Shown here piece after piece: positions 1 to 10,888 of a stretch of DNA of 32,000 bases. Within the stretch, counting starts at the first letter, position 1. Every line of letters starts with the position of its first letter. The DNA comes from Aliivibrio fischeri ES114. GTDB taxonomy: Bacteria > Pseudomonadota > Gammaproteobacteria > Enterobacterales > Vibrionaceae. The stretch lies in the NCBI RefSeq assembly GCF_000011805.1, contig NC_006840.2, one strand, 5' to 3'. The notes below the pieces were generated by a model. The model was not told the origin of the DNA, did no database searches, and saw only the letters and a list, made by a program, of their open reading frames with translations. The position numbers were made by a program, and so were the translations under genes.

Positions 1-1122
1 AATCAATACAGCAGTAATAAACTCACGAACAGTACGACCGCGAGATACACGCGCAATAAACATACCTACAAATGGAGACCACGAAATCCACCAAGACCAG
101 TAAAACACAGTCCAACCATGCATCCATGCTTCATCAACACGGCCATGAGGATTACTTAACGGAATGATATTTTCTACATATCCCATAACCGTTGTTGGAA
201 TCGTACCCATGGATATAGCGAAAGTAACAAGAGCAACAAAAGCCAATAGTACAATGGCAATTAGCATATTGATGTTACTAATGACTTTTACACCACCATC
301 AATACCACGCATTACCGATACAACAGCAAGTAAGGTAACAACAAAAATAATCGCAACTTGAAGACCTAGGCCGCCATCCATACCAAATACATGGTGGAAG
401 CCACTCGCAGCTTGCTGAGCACCTAAACCTAATGACGTCGCTAGACCAAATAACGTAGCAAGAACCGCTAAAATATCAACAACGTGGCCAGGCCATCCCC
501 ACGTACGATCACCTAAGATTGGATAAAAGATAGAACGCATCGAAAGTGGCAATCCTTTGTTATAAGCAAAAAATGCTAATGACAAAGCAACAACGCCATA
601 AATAGCCCAAGGGTGTAAGCCCCAGTGAAACATAGTTGCACCTAGCGCTAATTTCGCAGCTTCTGGTGTATTTGCCTCAACGCCAAGCGGAGTCTCAAAC
701 CAACCAGTAAAATATGCGACAGGCTCAGCCACGCCCCAGAACATCAATCCAATACCCATACCGGCAGCAAATAGCATTGCTATCCAAGATACCATTGAGT
801 AATCCGGTTTGGCTTTATCACCACCCAGACGAATTTTGCCAAACGGCGATACAATCAATGCTAAACAGAAAATAACAAAGATATTAGCTGACCACATGAA
901 TAAACCATCAAATGCATTAATGATCTTCCATTTAAAACCATCAAGAACGGTTTTGGCGCTTTCGGGATCAGTTACTGCTACAGCAACTAAGAAGAGTGCA
1001 ATCAGACCTGCGCTGATGCCAAAGACGGGATTATGTACATCGAATCCCCATTTCTGAACGTTATCCTGTCCAACAGTATAATCCGTATTATCTATACTGT
1101 ACTTATCCTTATTTCTACTCAT
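1..1122 (-). CDS. BCCT family (betaine/carnitine/choline) transporter, 3' part truncated by window edge
   Basis: Reverse-strand reading from ATG at 1122: MSRNKDKYSIDNTDYTVGQDNVQKWGFDVHNPVFGISAG...ANIFVIFCLALIVSPFGKIRLGG...AAGMGIGLMFWGVAEP...ATMFHWGLHPWAIYG; the GMGIGLMFWGVAEP and HWGLHPWAIY motifs are typical of BCCT carriers. Open to the window edge, so absent from the ORF track. Confidence 0.93.
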   Translation of the reverse strand, partial: MSRNKDKYSIDNTDYTVGQDNVQKWGFDVHNPVFGISAGLIALFLVAVAVTDPESAKTVLDGFKWKIINAFDGLFMWSANIFVIFCLALIVSPFGKIRLGGDKAKPDYSMVSWIAMLFAAGMGIGLMFWGVAEPVAYFTGWFETPLGVEANTPEAAKLALGATMFHWGLHPWAIYGVVALSLAFFAYNKGLPLSMRSIFYPILGDRTWGWPGHVVDILAVLATLFGLATSLGLGAQQAASGFHHVFGMDGGLGLQVAIIFVVTLLAVVSVMRGIDGGVKVISNINMLIAIVLLAFVALVTFAISMGTIPTTVMGYVENIIPLSNPHGRVDEAWMHGWTVFYWSWWISWSPFVGMFIARVSRGRTVREFITAVLI

Positions 1123-1280
1123 TATTCCTCACTTCGAGCCTCAGCTCTCTGTTTTGGTTTAATTCAAATACTCGCTTTAAAATATTTAAACACACCTAAT
1201 GATCTTAACAACTGAGCATATAATTGCCAGTAAAAGCAGCGAATTAGCCTAATAAAACAACAAATAAAGGAAAATTATCC

Positions 1281-1299
1281 ATATTGTGAAACACAATAT
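1281..1299. promoter_or_regulatory. inverted repeat ATATTGTG-aaa-CACAATAT, possible regulator-binding site upstream of the BCCT gene
   Basis: Perfect 8-bp arms with a 3-bp centre in the gap between the BCCT start and the ABC operon end. Confidence 0.35.
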
Positions 1300-1311
1300 C
1301 TGTTCTACAAA

Positions 1312-1345
1312 CAAAAAAACGGTGAATAATTCACCGCTTTTTTAT
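1312..1345 (-). terminator. intrinsic terminator, probably bidirectional, at the end of the ABC transporter operon
   Basis: CGGTGAA-taa-TTCACCG stem (1320-1336), flanked by an A-run on the left and a T-run on the right. Confidence 0.75.
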
Positions 1346-1360
1346 TAGCTAAAAAATAGG

Positions 1361-2302
1361 TTAGCCTTTATAAATTTTAGGATTAAACACATCTCTTAAC
1401 CAGTCACCCAGTAAGTTAATCACTAAAACTAAGGTAACTAAAACAAGTCCTGGGAAAGCGGTTATCCACCACGAACCAGAGAAAATGTAGTTAAAACCAA
1501 TACTGATTAAAGAGCCTAATGAAGGTTGGTCAACAGGTAAACCTAACCCTAAGAAAGACAGCGCTGCCTCTGACATAATCGCATTAGCAATTTGAACCGT
1601 TGAGATAACCAAAATAGGCGATAAACAGTTAGGGAGAATATGGCGGAACATGATGCGAGGAGAACGGAACCCCATGACTTTTGCAGCCTCTACATACTCT
1701 TTTTTCTTCTCAGCAAGCACTGATGCGCGAATAGTACGAGCATATTGTGGCCATTCAGCAACACCAATGATCACCACAAGCATAACAACAGCATACTGGC
1801 TAAAAAACTCAGTCCCAAAACTGGCTTTAAAAATAGCCGATACAATGATTGCAACCATCATCGTAGAAAAAGATAACTGAACATCGGCAAATCGCATTAA
1901 AAAACTATCAATACGTCCACCAAAATAACCTGCAGATAAACCAATAATAATCCCCAACGCTAATTGCACACCAACCGCAAGAAAACCAATAGTCAATGAC
2001 AAGCGTGAGCCATACAGAATAGTAGAAAGCACATCTCGGCCTTGGTCATCAGTACCAAGAAGAAATCGCTCATCCCCCTCTTCCATCCAAGATGGAGGCA
2101 ATTCCGAATCCATAATATCAATCGAACTTAAGTCGTATGGATTAGTTGGTGCAATAACAGGGGACAGCAGTGCTCCTAATACAAAAACCAAAAACACAGC
2201 AAAACTGAACATCGCGACTTTATCGCGTAAGAAATAATAAAGAAAATCGGAAGATTTAAATCGTTCCCAACGAGTTGGAACGTGAGTCGTTGTCGTATTC
2301 AT
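1361..2302 (-). CDS. dipeptide/oligopeptide-type ABC transporter permease (DppC/OppC-like)
   Basis: 313-aa ORF with N-terminal TM segment, LLGTDDQGRDVLSTILYGSRLSLTIG and EYVEAAKVMGFRSPRIMFRHILPN (EAA loop). Confidence 0.93.
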   Translation of the reverse strand: MNTTTTHVPTRWERFKSSDFLYYFLRDKVAMFSFAVFLVFVLGALLSPVIAPTNPYDLSSIDIMDSELPPSWMEEGDERFLLGTDDQGRDVLSTILYGSRLSLTIGFLAVGVQLALGIIIGLSAGYFGGRIDSFLMRFADVQLSFSTMMVAIIVSAIFKASFGTEFFSQYAVVMLVVIIGVAEWPQYARTIRASVLAEKKKEYVEAAKVMGFRSPRIMFRHILPNCLSPILVISTVQIANAIMSEAALSFLGLGLPVDQPSLGSLISIGFNYIFSGSWWITAFPGLVLVTLVLVINLLGDWLRDVFNPKIYKG

Positions 2303-2304
2303 GA

Positions 2305-3282
2305 TTACGCTCCTTTGCCTGTGATATCAACGGTTGGGTTAATTAATCCATATAACAAATCAACAATGGTGTTTGTTACTACGAAGATAAGACCAACAAA
2401 AATAACGTAAGCGGTAATTAATGGCGTATCGACACGGTTAATCGCTTCTAAAAATAAAAATCCAGTGCCTGGCCATTGAAACACTGTTTCAGTAAGAATG
2501 GTGTAAGCGACCATGGTACCAATTTGAACACCTCCAACGGTGAGCACTGGCAACATGGTATTTTTTAGAGCGTGTTGATAATAAATTTTATTGGTGGCGA
2601 TCCCTTTTGCCTTTGAGAATTTGATGTACTCCGAACTAAGCACTTCTAGCATTTCAGAGCGAACCAAACGAATAAATAGAGGTAACATAATTGAAGCAAG
2701 GGAAATACACGGCAGAATCAGATGCGCTAAGCCATCAATAGTAAAGAACCCTGATTCCCAACCAAGCAAGTTATACGTCTCTCCTCGTCCATAAGACGGT
2801 AACCAATTAAGTTCAATCGAGAAAACATACATCAACATAATCGCAGTAAGGAAAACCGGTATTGAAATACCAATACTACTGAATGCCATAATTGCTTTAG
2901 TAAAAATACTTTTTGGATTAATAGCAGAATAAACCCCAAGAGGTATCGATAAACAGACAATAATAATCGCTGCGCCAAACACTAACTCTAGCGTCGCTAC
3001 CAATTTATCAAGAATAACTTCTACTGCAGGTTTTTTGAAAAAATACGATGTACCGAGATCGCCCTGAAGCGCATTACTTACAAATCGAGAATATTTGGTA
3101 ATAAATGGGTCATTTAGACCTAACTCATCGCGCAAAGCTTGACGTTCAGCTTCAGAAACTGACTGACCAACCAATTCACGTAACGGGTCACCCAAATTAT
3201 CTTGGATGGAAAACGCAACCAGACTGATCACAAACATCACTATCAGTGCCTGAAACAGGCGCTTGACCAGAAACGTAAACAT
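2305..3282 (-). CDS. dipeptide/oligopeptide-type ABC transporter permease (DppB/OppB-like)
   Basis: 325-aa ORF with YTKF-like N-terminus and EYIKFSKAKGIATNKIYYQHALKNTMLPVLT EAA loop; 2-bp gap to the next permease gene. Confidence 0.93.
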   Translation of the reverse strand: MFTFLVKRLFQALIVMFVISLVAFSIQDNLGDPLRELVGQSVSEAERQALRDELGLNDPFITKYSRFVSNALQGDLGTSYFFKKPAVEVILDKLVATLELVFGAAIIIVCLSIPLGVYSAINPKSIFTKAIMAFSSIGISIPVFLTAIMLMYVFSIELNWLPSYGRGETYNLLGWESGFFTIDGLAHLILPCISLASIMLPLFIRLVRSEMLEVLSSEYIKFSKAKGIATNKIYYQHALKNTMLPVLTVGGVQIGTMVAYTILTETVFQWPGTGFLFLEAINRVDTPLITAYVIFVGLIFVVTNTIVDLLYGLINPTVDITGKGA

Positions 3283-3383
3283 TCCTTGTCCCCTTTCTTT
3301 ATCCTAAAAATGACATGAGAAAAGTATCTCTATGTCTAACAAATTGTCGGTATTACTTTTATTAAGAAATGAATGACATAAAT

Positions 3384-3413
3384 AAGGTTGCTCTAACACC
3401 ATAGAGCAACCTT
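3384..3413 (-). promoter_or_regulatory. intercistronic hairpin between the solute-binding protein gene and the permease genes
   Basis: AAGGTTGCTCTA-acacca-TAGAGCAACCTT, 12-bp perfect stem, no strong U-tract in the minus direction. Confidence 0.7.
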
Positions 3414-3426
3414 TTCATTTATGTTT

Positions 3427-4980
3427 TTATTTAACCACTAGGTCACCAAAATATGGGTATTCCATTGCGTTTACGATTGGCTTGATATCAATGTTTGATT
3501 TTGCGCCCCAAGCAAGGTTCTGCCAGTGTAGAGGAACAAATGCCGCATCATCATATAAAGTCTTTTCTACCGTTTTTAGGATTTGGCTACGCTTAGCAGG
3601 GTCCGTTTCTACGTTAGCTGCTTCAACCATCTTATCTAACTCTGGGTTAGAGTAATGACCACAGTTGTACTGTCCTTTACCCGTTTCTTCATTACGAGTC
3701 ATCGTTAAGAACTCAGAGAAGTTCGCTGAATCTTCTGTGTCTGAGTGCCAGCCGATCATCATCATGTCAGCTGCACATAAGTCAAATTCTGGCCAGTATT
3801 GCGCTTTTGGTAATGTCTTTAGATCCACTTTAATGCCGATTTTCGACAGCATCGCAGCGGCGGCTTGCGCTACTTTTGCATCGTTAACATAACGGTTATT
3901 TGGAGCCATCATGCTTAGCTTAAAACCATCTTTATAGCCTGCTTCAGCCATAAGTTGCTTAGCTTTTTTCAAATCGTAGCGAGGAACAAGTTCTGCATCA
4001 TAACCAGAATAACCCGATGGACCTTGTTGACCAGCCGTAGTCGCAAAACCTTTCATGATTTTTTTAACGATGCCTTCGTTATTAATAGCATGAACAATCG
4101 CTTGACGAACACGCACGTCTTTCAGTGCTTCATTACTGTTTTGGTTCATTTGGAACGTAATGATTCGAGTACCTGGAAGAGTAACTAAATCAATTCCTTT
4201 GGTACTTTTAACACGCTTGTGATCATTAGGGGCTACCGGTGCAATAATATCTACATCGCCAGAAAGAAGAGCTGCAACACGAGTCGCATTTTCTTTGATT
4301 GGAACTAACGTCAGCTCATCTACATTACCTGGAGAATTTTTGTCCCAATAACCATCGAAACGATCAAAAACAACTTTCACGCCTTGCTCACGAGACTTAA
4401 CAACAAATGGACCAGTACCAGAGATGTGTGTCGATGCAAAAGAATTACCGTGTTTTACGATTTCAGACTTATCTTTACCGTCTTCAGTCTTACCCGTATA
4501 GAACTTGCTATCCATTGGGAAAATATAAGTAGCGGTTTGAAGCACAAGTGGATAAGCACCTTTAGAAACTAATTCAACCGTATAATCATCGATTTTAACC
4601 AACTTCTCATACGGTTCAAAAATCGCTTTAAAATCCGGAGAATCCTTTAGACGGTTGAATGTCCATACAACATCATCAGCCGTCATTTCATTACCTGAAT
4701 GAAATTTCACGCCCTTACGCAAATTAAAACGGAAAGTCGTATCATCAATACGCTCCCACTTTTCAGCTAGACGAGGTTCGAAATCGAACGATTGCGTGTA
4801 ACGCACTAGAGGATCAAATACCATATGAGAAAGTTGTAACGTACCGCCAGATAGCTGCTCATGTGGATCGAGTGATACTGGGTCTGCATCATAGGCAACA
4901 GTAATATCTGCAGCTGCTGCACTAAAACTTAAACCTGCAGCCATCAATGCGATAGCTAATTTAGTCTTCATGGTTTTCAT
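3427..4980 (-). CDS. periplasmic peptide/dipeptide-type ABC transporter substrate-binding protein (SBP family 5)
   Basis: 517 aa; signal peptide MKTMKTKLAIALMAAGLSFSAAAADITVAYDADPVSLDPH; FEPRLAEKWERIDDTTFRFNLRKGVKFHSG is family-typical. Confidence 0.93.
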   Translation of the reverse strand: MKTMKTKLAIALMAAGLSFSAAAADITVAYDADPVSLDPHEQLSGGTLQLSHMVFDPLVRYTQSFDFEPRLAEKWERIDDTTFRFNLRKGVKFHSGNEMTADDVVWTFNRLKDSPDFKAIFEPYEKLVKIDDYTVELVSKGAYPLVLQTATYIFPMDSKFYTGKTEDGKDKSEIVKHGNSFASTHISGTGPFVVKSREQGVKVVFDRFDGYWDKNSPGNVDELTLVPIKENATRVAALLSGDVDIIAPVAPNDHKRVKSTKGIDLVTLPGTRIITFQMNQNSNEALKDVRVRQAIVHAINNEGIVKKIMKGFATTAGQQGPSGYSGYDAELVPRYDLKKAKQLMAEAGYKDGFKLSMMAPNNRYVNDAKVAQAAAAMLSKIGIKVDLKTLPKAQYWPEFDLCAADMMMIGWHSDTEDSANFSEFLTMTRNEETGKGQYNCGHYSNPELDKMVEAANVETDPAKRSQILKTVEKTLYDDAAFVPLHWQNLAWGAKSNIDIKPIVNAMEYPYFGDLVVK

Positions 4981-5058
4981 TGCATAACTCCTTATGCGGG
5001 ACTGGATCCCTAGTTTATTGTTTTGTTGTGTTTGTACTTATTATTGGGTGGTTTATAC

Positions 5059-6768
5059 CTATGCGGTTTGCTCTCTTAACCCCTTAAATTCAGGCATAAG
5101 AGAAATTAACTGTTTGCTGTAGTCATGCTGCGGATTGGTATAAAGATTCTCTGTTGGTGCCACTTCTAGTAACGTTCCCATCTGCATTACACCAACACGG
5201 TCACACATCTGACGAATCACAGGTAAATCATGGCTGATGAACAACATCGTTAAGTTCAATTCATCCTGTAAATCTTTCAATAAATTGAGAATTTGAGCTT
5301 GAACCGATACATCTAAAGCCGAAGTTGGCTCATCACAAATCAATAAACGTGGACGTGTCGCTAATGCACGAGCGATAGAAATACGTTGACGTTGACCTCC
5401 AGAAAACTCATGCGGATACTTCAAGGCAGCCATTCGACCCAAGCCTACGTGATCCAAAAGATCATTAACGATCTGTTGCGTTTCTGATTCAGAGCGAGTG
5501 AGTTTATGAAAACGAATCGGCTCTGCGATAATATCGAAGATTTTCATGCGTGGATTCATTGAAGTGTATGGGTTTTGAAATACCATCTGCATTTGGCGGC
5601 GCATTGGACGGCGCTCTTTTTCTGACTTGAGAGCGGTAAGATCAATACCTTCAAATGTCACTGAGCCAGAGTTTGGTGGGTATAATCCTGCGATAACACG
5701 AGCAATGGTTGATTTACCTGAACCTGATTCACCAACCAAACCAAAAGTTTCCCCTTCATGAATTTCGAAACTCACATTATTAGAAGCTTGGACGTACTCA
5801 CGACGGCTTTCAAAAAAAGAATCTTTTGTTATGAAACGAAGATTTACGTTTTCAACTTTCAATAAAGGACCTGCGTATTCACGCTGATCTTGGCTTTGAC
5901 CTAACCAGTGATTTTTAACATCAATAGGTTCATGCTCAACCGCTTCCTCGATATAACTCACTAATGGAAAACGATCTAATTTAATATCTGAACGAGGAAC
6001 CGCAGAAATTAAGCTACGGGTATAAGAATGGTCAGGATCACCCAATACTTTTTCTGTTTTTCCAAATTCAACAAGATCTCCACGGTACATTACTGCGACT
6101 TTATCTGTCACATTAGATACCACCCCCATATCGTGAGTAACCAACATACAGCCAACGTTATTTTTAACGCATAACTCACGAATAAGGTTTAGAATTTGAT
6201 CTTGAATCGACACATCCAGTGCCGTTGTTGGTTCATCAGCAATGATCAGATCGGGTTCACCAGCTAATGCGATAGCAATAACTACACGTTGGCGCATACC
6301 ACCTGAAAATTGATGTGGAAATTGTTTTAATCTATTTTCAGGCTGAGGGATACCAACTTGTTCCATTAAAGATAATGCACGAGCATAAGCCTCTTCAGGA
6401 GATACCGACAAGTTAGCATGAATGGTTTCCGTTAATTGCTGCTCAACGGTAAATAAAGGATTTAATGAGGTCATTGGGTCTTGGAAGATAAAACCAATTT
6501 TAGAACCTCGAACCTTACGCATTTCTTCAGCGGTTAATCCTGATATTTTTTCTCCATCAAGAAACACCTCACCATCAGCAATAACGCCAGGAGGGCTTAA
6601 TAAATCAATAACAGCATTACCTACTGTTGATTTACCTGCACCTGATTCACCAACAACGCCTACAATTTCACCACGCTCAATTGAAAATGACAGTGATTTA
6701 ACAGCGGCATGAACACCATGACGTGACGGATATTCAATACGTAAATTTTTAACTTCTAAAAGTGACAT
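5059..6768 (-). CDS. fused dual-ATPase ABC transporter subunit (DppD-DppF / GsiA/YejF-like)
   Basis: Two ATPase domains: Walker [13 protein letters not shown] and [12 protein letters not shown], signatures [12 protein letters not shown] and [15 protein letters not shown] track begins at 6831, but MSLLEVKNL at 6768 is the more likely start. Confidence 0.93.
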   Translation of the reverse strand: MSLLEVKNLRIEYPSRHGVHAAVKSLSFSIERGEIVGVVGESGAGKSTVGNAVIDLLSPPGVIADGEVFLDGEKISGLTAEEMRKVRGSKIGFIFQDPMTSLNPLFTVEQQLTETIHANLSVSPEEAYARALSLMEQVGIPQPENRLKQFPHQFSGGMRQRVVIAIALAGEPDLIIADEPTTALDVSIQDQILNLIRELCVKNNVGCMLVTHDMGVVSNVTDKVAVMYRGDLVEFGKTEKVLGDPDHSYTRSLISAVPRSDIKLDRFPLVSYIEEAVEHEPIDVKNHWLGQSQDQREYAGPLLKVENVNLRFITKDSFFESRREYVQASNNVSFEIHEGETFGLVGESGSGKSTIARVIAGLYPPNSGSVTFEGIDLTALKSEKERRPMRRQMQMVFQNPYTSMNPRMKIFDIIAEPIRFHKLTRSESETQQIVNDLLDHVGLGRMAALKYPHEFSGGQRQRISIARALATRPRLLICDEPTSALDVSVQAQILNLLKDLQDELNLTMLFISHDLPVIRQMCDRVGVMQMGTLLEVAPTENLYTNPQHDYSKQLISLMPEFKGLREQTA

Positions 6769-7290
6769 TCTCAGACTCCGACTACTCGGCAGCATCCTGC
6801 CCTGTCTGCACATTGATTCCATTCGTAACAATTTATGTAACTGTTACTTGTTTAGGACACCAATGTAGTCAATTATTCACATAAAAGCAACAATTAAAGA
6901 GCAATAAGCTATTTAATGCTTTTTAAGTGCATAAAAAATCATAAAATGGCAAATGAATATAAAGTCTCACTTTTTAAAATAAACTTTAAAACAATGAAAA
7001 ACATAAACTTATAATTAATAAGAGATTAAAAACATGATCATCATCACCATCGGTAACAATGTAAATAAAACATAAATAATCTTAACATTTATGCCAGCTT
7101 AAAATATCGATAAGAAAAAGATTAACAGATCTATTGTTTGCCTAACTAAGTAATAAGCCACGATAAAATCAGACAACCAGATAAAAAATAGGATTAAACA
7201 CTGAGGTAAATTAGAAAAATAAAAAGAAAGGTAAAACCAGATAAAATGATGATAATGTGATGAGGATAAGAAGATTCTATTATTCAGAAA

Positions 7291-7323
7291 TGAAAAAAGC
7301 CTCGTCATTTCTGACGAGGCTTT
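7291..7323 (-). terminator. intrinsic terminator of the tRNA operon
   Basis: AAAGCCTCGTCAGAAATGACGAGGCTTTTTTC on the minus strand, directly downstream of the last tRNA. Confidence 0.85.
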
Positions 7324-7328
7324 AAATG

Positions 7329-7405
<77 letters not shown>

Positions 7406-7477
7406 ATGTTTTATTTTAACTCTTGGGAAAGTGAGTTAAAAATGGAAACCTAAACAATGAGGTTACCCGCAAATTAA

Positions 7478-7554
7478 TGGGGTGGCTAACGAGATTCGAA
7501 CTCGCGACCACCGGAATCACAATCCAGGGCTCTACCAACTGAGCTATAGCCACC
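7478..7554 (-). tRNA. tRNA-His(GTG), CCA encoded
   Basis: GGTGGCTATAGCTCAGTTGGTAGAGCCCTGGATTGTGATTCCGGTGG...TTAGCCACCCCA. Confidence 0.97.
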
Positions 7555-7594
7555 ACAAATTTGGTATTTACTGCCTTAGCAATAAATGAAATAG

Positions 7595-7671
<77 letters not shown>

Positions 7672-7743
7672 ACTTGTTTTCGTTTCGACTCTTGGGATGT
7701 TACTTGAATCAAAACTGGAAACTTATACAAGTTACCAAAATAA

Positions 7744-7820
7744 TGGGGTGGCTAACGAGATTCGAACTCGCGACCACCGGAATCACAATCCAGGGCTCTA
7801 CCAACTGAGCTATAGCCACC
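7744..7820 (-). tRNA. tRNA-His(GTG), second copy
   Basis: Same sequence as 7478-7554. Confidence 0.97.
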
Positions 7821-7854
7821 ACTACTTTTTTGTGCCTTTAATTTATATTCCGGA

Positions 7855-7931
<77 letters not shown>

Positions 7932-7952
7932 ATACCCTATCGGCGGAGAGGA

Positions 7953-7981
7953 ATAATACGGATCTGTGTGACCCACGTCTA
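7953..7981 (-). promoter_or_regulatory. candidate sigma70 promoter of the tRNA operon
   Basis: Minus strand TAGACG - 17 nt - TATTAT, A-rich tract upstream (UP-element-like), GC-rich discriminator-like sequence downstream. Confidence 0.6.
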
Positions 7982-8201
7982 GTGTTTTTTTTACTTTTTT
8001 TGTTGTTTGGTCTCTTTTTCAACAATTCCTTAGTGTTTATCCTCATTTTCTTTAGGTCTAGTGGTTTATTGCAACAATTTAAGCAGATATAATCACTCAA
8101 TATTTACACGATGTTAACGTTCTGATTTTTTTCGGTTCGTTAAAAACTCGGTAAATACAATAAAATCGGCTGAAGCCAATAATAATAACTGGGAGTGTAA
8201 A

Positions 8202-8618
8202 GTGAACTTTATGGAAAAATCTGTTCGTAACATCATCATTGCAATGGTTGCTGTATTAACTTTCTCAACCACCTCTTTTGCAGCAAATAACTCTGATGAT
8301 GCTATTGCTGAGCGAATTAAGCCAGTTGGCCAAGTTTATCTTGCGAGCGATGTTCCTGTGGTTGAAGAACCAACTGGCCCTCGTTCTGGTGAGCAAGTTT
8401 ACAATACCTTCTGTATTGCCTGTCACGCGACAGGGGCTGCTGGTGCACCAAAAACACAAAATGCAGAAGATTGGGCCCCTCGAATAGCAAAAGGTATGGA
8501 CACACTAAAAGATCATGCTCTTAATGGCTTTAATGCAATGCCAGCAAAAGGATCTTGTATGAATTGTTCTGATGATGAAGTTATTGCAGCAGTAGAGCAT
8601 TTAATTAAAGGGTTATAA
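8202..8618 (+). CDS. cytochrome c5-like periplasmic c-type cytochrome
   Basis: Signal peptide IIIAMVAVLTFSTTSFA, haem motif CIACH, C-terminal KGSCMNCSDDEVIAAVEHL. GTG start at 8202 has a GGGAG RBS; ATG at 8211 is an alternative. Confidence 0.92.
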   Translation: MNFMEKSVRNIIIAMVAVLTFSTTSFAANNSDDAIAERIKPVGQVYLASDVPVVEEPTGPRSGEQVYNTFCIACHATGAAGAPKTQNAEDWAPRIAKGMDTLKDHALNGFNAMPAKGSCMNCSDDEVIAAVEHLIKGL

Positions 8619-8634
8619 AAATAATCTACTTATA

Positions 8635-8667
8635 AATAAAAATGCCCATAGAATTTTCTACGGGCAT
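8635..8667 (-). terminator. intrinsic terminator downstream of rep
   Basis: Minus strand AATGCCCGTAGAAAATTCTATGGGCATTTTTATTT. Confidence 0.7.
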
Positions 8668-8685
8668 TAACGTTATCTATAAACT

Positions 8686-10701
8686 CTACTTTTTGAGCAT
8701 GGCTCTGAGGTTGGCAATATTTGCTTTTCCTCTCTCCATTCGCTCTTCTTGCGTTGGTTTGGGTTTCTTCATTTCCCAATCCAAATCATCATGAGGCAAC
8801 TCTTCAAGAAAACGGCTTGGTTCAGGTCGAATAAGTTCACCATACTGACGACGCTCTTTACATAATGTAAAGGTCAACTCTTTTTGAGCTCGTGTGATTC
8901 CTACATATGCCAGTCGGCGCTCTTCTTCCACATTATCTTCATCAATGCTCGTTTGATGAGGAAGGATCCCTTCTTCTGCTCCAATTAAGTAAACATATGG
9001 AAACTCAAGACCTTTAGATGCGTGTAAGGTCATTAATTGAACTTGGTCAGCACCATCTTCATCTTCTCCACGCTCCATCATGTCACGTAACGTCAATTTC
9101 TGAACCACTTCCTTTAGTGTCTTCTCTTCATTGTCATAGTTATCGCCTTCTAAATCGGCAACAATCCATGAATAGAGATCTGACACATTTTTCATTCGCA
9201 TTTCAGCAGCTTTAGCACTGGTTGAAGTTTCATACAACCAATCTTCATAATGTATGTCTTTTACTAAAGAACGAACCGCTTCAACAGTATTGCCTCGCTC
9301 AGCATTCTCAGAAATAGATACAATCCAATGACAGAAGCGACGAAGAGATTCTAACCCTCGTCCTGAAAGCGTTTGCTCTAAGCCTATTTCAAAACTGGAT
9401 TCAAACAAGCTCTTTCCACGCATGTTGGCATAGCTACCAAGCTTCTCAAGTGTCACAGGACCGATCTCACGACGAGGTGTATTAACTACACGTAAAAAAG
9501 CGTTATCGTCATCAGGATTAGTTAATAAACGTAAATAAGCCATGATGTCTTTAATTTCTGCACGAGCAAAGAAAGAAGTGCCCCCAGAAATTTTATAAGG
9601 CACTCGGTTTTGCATTAATGATTTTTCAATCAAACGCGACTGATGGTTACCACGATATAAAACCGCATAATCTTTATAATCCGTTCGATTTAAGAAACGA
9701 TGCGCAATCAATTCACCTACCACTCGTTCAGCTTCATGCTCATCATCTTTAGCGGTTAAAATTTTTATCTGCTCACCATCAGGAATTTCAGAAAACAGAC
9801 GTTTTTCAAACGCGTGAGGGTTATTCGCAATAAGAATATTCGCTGCACGCAGAATTCGACTGGTTGAACGATAGTTTTGTTCAAGCTTTATGACACGTAA
9901 GTTTGGGTAATCTTCATTCAATAACACCAAGTTTTGTGGTTTTGCTCCACGCCATGAGTAAATTGATTGGTCATCATCACCCACCACGGTTAATCGACCT
10001 CTTTCACCCACCAATAGCTTAACGAGTTCATATTGGCTCGTATTGGTATCTTGATATTCATCGACCAGTAGATAACGAATTTTCATCTGCCAACGTTCAC
10101 GCACTTCTTGATTGGTACGCAGCAGCAGTACAGGCAGTGATATCAAATCATCAAAATCCAGTGCGTTATACGCCTTCATTTGGTTTAAATACATTTCATA
10201 GCAAAAAGCAAAAAGCTGATCTTGCTCTGAGCGAGCAACCCCTTTGACTTGTGCCGGCGTTAACATGTCATTCTTCCAATTAGAAATACTACTTAGAAGT
10301 TGACGCAATAAATCTTTATCACCATCAATCTGCTTTTCTGTTAACTCTTTTAACAGTGCTAATTGGTCTTGATCATCAAATAATGAAAATCCAGCCTTTA
10401 AGCCAAGAACCTTATATTCACGGCGAATAATGTCTAAACCTAATGAGTGAAAGGTTGATACCATTAATCCTCGAGATTCTTGTTTACCTAATGTTTGTCC
10501 AACACGCTCTTTCATTTCACGAGCCGCTTTGTTGGTAAAGGTTACTGCTGCAATATTTCTCGCCTTGTAACCACATTGCTGAACTAAATAAGCTATTTTA
10601 TTAGTGATTACACGCGTTTTACCCGACCCTGCACCAGCCAATACTAAACACGGCCCAGAGACAAATTTAACGGCCTCATCTTGCTGTGGATTAAGTTTCA
10701 T
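8686..10701 (-). CDS. rep: ATP-dependent DNA helicase Rep (UvrD/PcrA superfamily 1)
   Basis: 671 aa; [78 protein letters not shown]. Confidence 0.97.
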   Translation of the reverse strand: MKLNPQQDEAVKFVSGPCLVLAGAGSGKTRVITNKIAYLVQQCGYKARNIAAVTFTNKAAREMKERVGQTLGKQESRGLMVSTFHSLGLDIIRREYKVLGLKAGFSLFDDQDQLALLKELTEKQIDGDKDLLRQLLSSISNWKNDMLTPAQVKGVARSEQDQLFAFCYEMYLNQMKAYNALDFDDLISLPVLLLRTNQEVRERWQMKIRYLLVDEYQDTNTSQYELVKLLVGERGRLTVVGDDDQSIYSWRGAKPQNLVLLNEDYPNLRVIKLEQNYRSTSRILRAANILIANNPHAFEKRLFSEIPDGEQIKILTAKDDEHEAERVVGELIAHRFLNRTDYKDYAVLYRGNHQSRLIEKSLMQNRVPYKISGGTSFFARAEIKDIMAYLRLLTNPDDDNAFLRVVNTPRREIGPVTLEKLGSYANMRGKSLFESSFEIGLEQTLSGRGLESLRRFCHWIVSISENAERGNTVEAVRSLVKDIHYEDWLYETSTSAKAAEMRMKNVSDLYSWIVADLEGDNYDNEEKTLKEVVQKLTLRDMMERGEDEDGADQVQLMTLHASKGLEFPYVYLIGAEEGILPHQTSIDEDNVEEERRLAYVGITRAQKELTFTLCKERRQYGELIRPEPSRFLEELPHDDLDWEMKKPKPTQEERMERGKANIANLRAMLKK

Positions 10702-10850
10702 GGATCACCTATAAAATCGATAATGAATTATTTGCGTCTATAATAAAGCTGTCAGGTAATGAATGCCATGCAAACGATAAAGTAAAAAATGTGATCTTTA
10801 CGTTTCTTGACACAAAAACAGATTACATTTCAAACAGAGTCCCCTAAAAT

Positions 10851-10872
10851 AATGAATGAACGTTCATTCATT
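10851..10872. promoter_or_regulatory. 22-bp perfect palindrome AATGAATGAACGTTCATTCATT, probable operator for the TetR-family regulator
   Basis: Sequence equals its own reverse complement; lies 16 bp upstream of the probable start codon at 10889. Confidence 0.75.
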
Positions 10873-10888
10873 TCATAAGGACGTATTT

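Noticed and set aside
164-1057. Plus-strand ORFs 164-361 and 809-1057
   Set aside because: Antisense to the BCCT transporter reading frame, whose minus-strand translation has clear family motifs.
1650-6712. Plus-strand ORFs antisense to the ABC transporter genes (1650-1880, 2591-2794, 3665-4572, 6422-6712)
   Set aside because: Opposite well-supported coding sequences and with no independent coding evidence.
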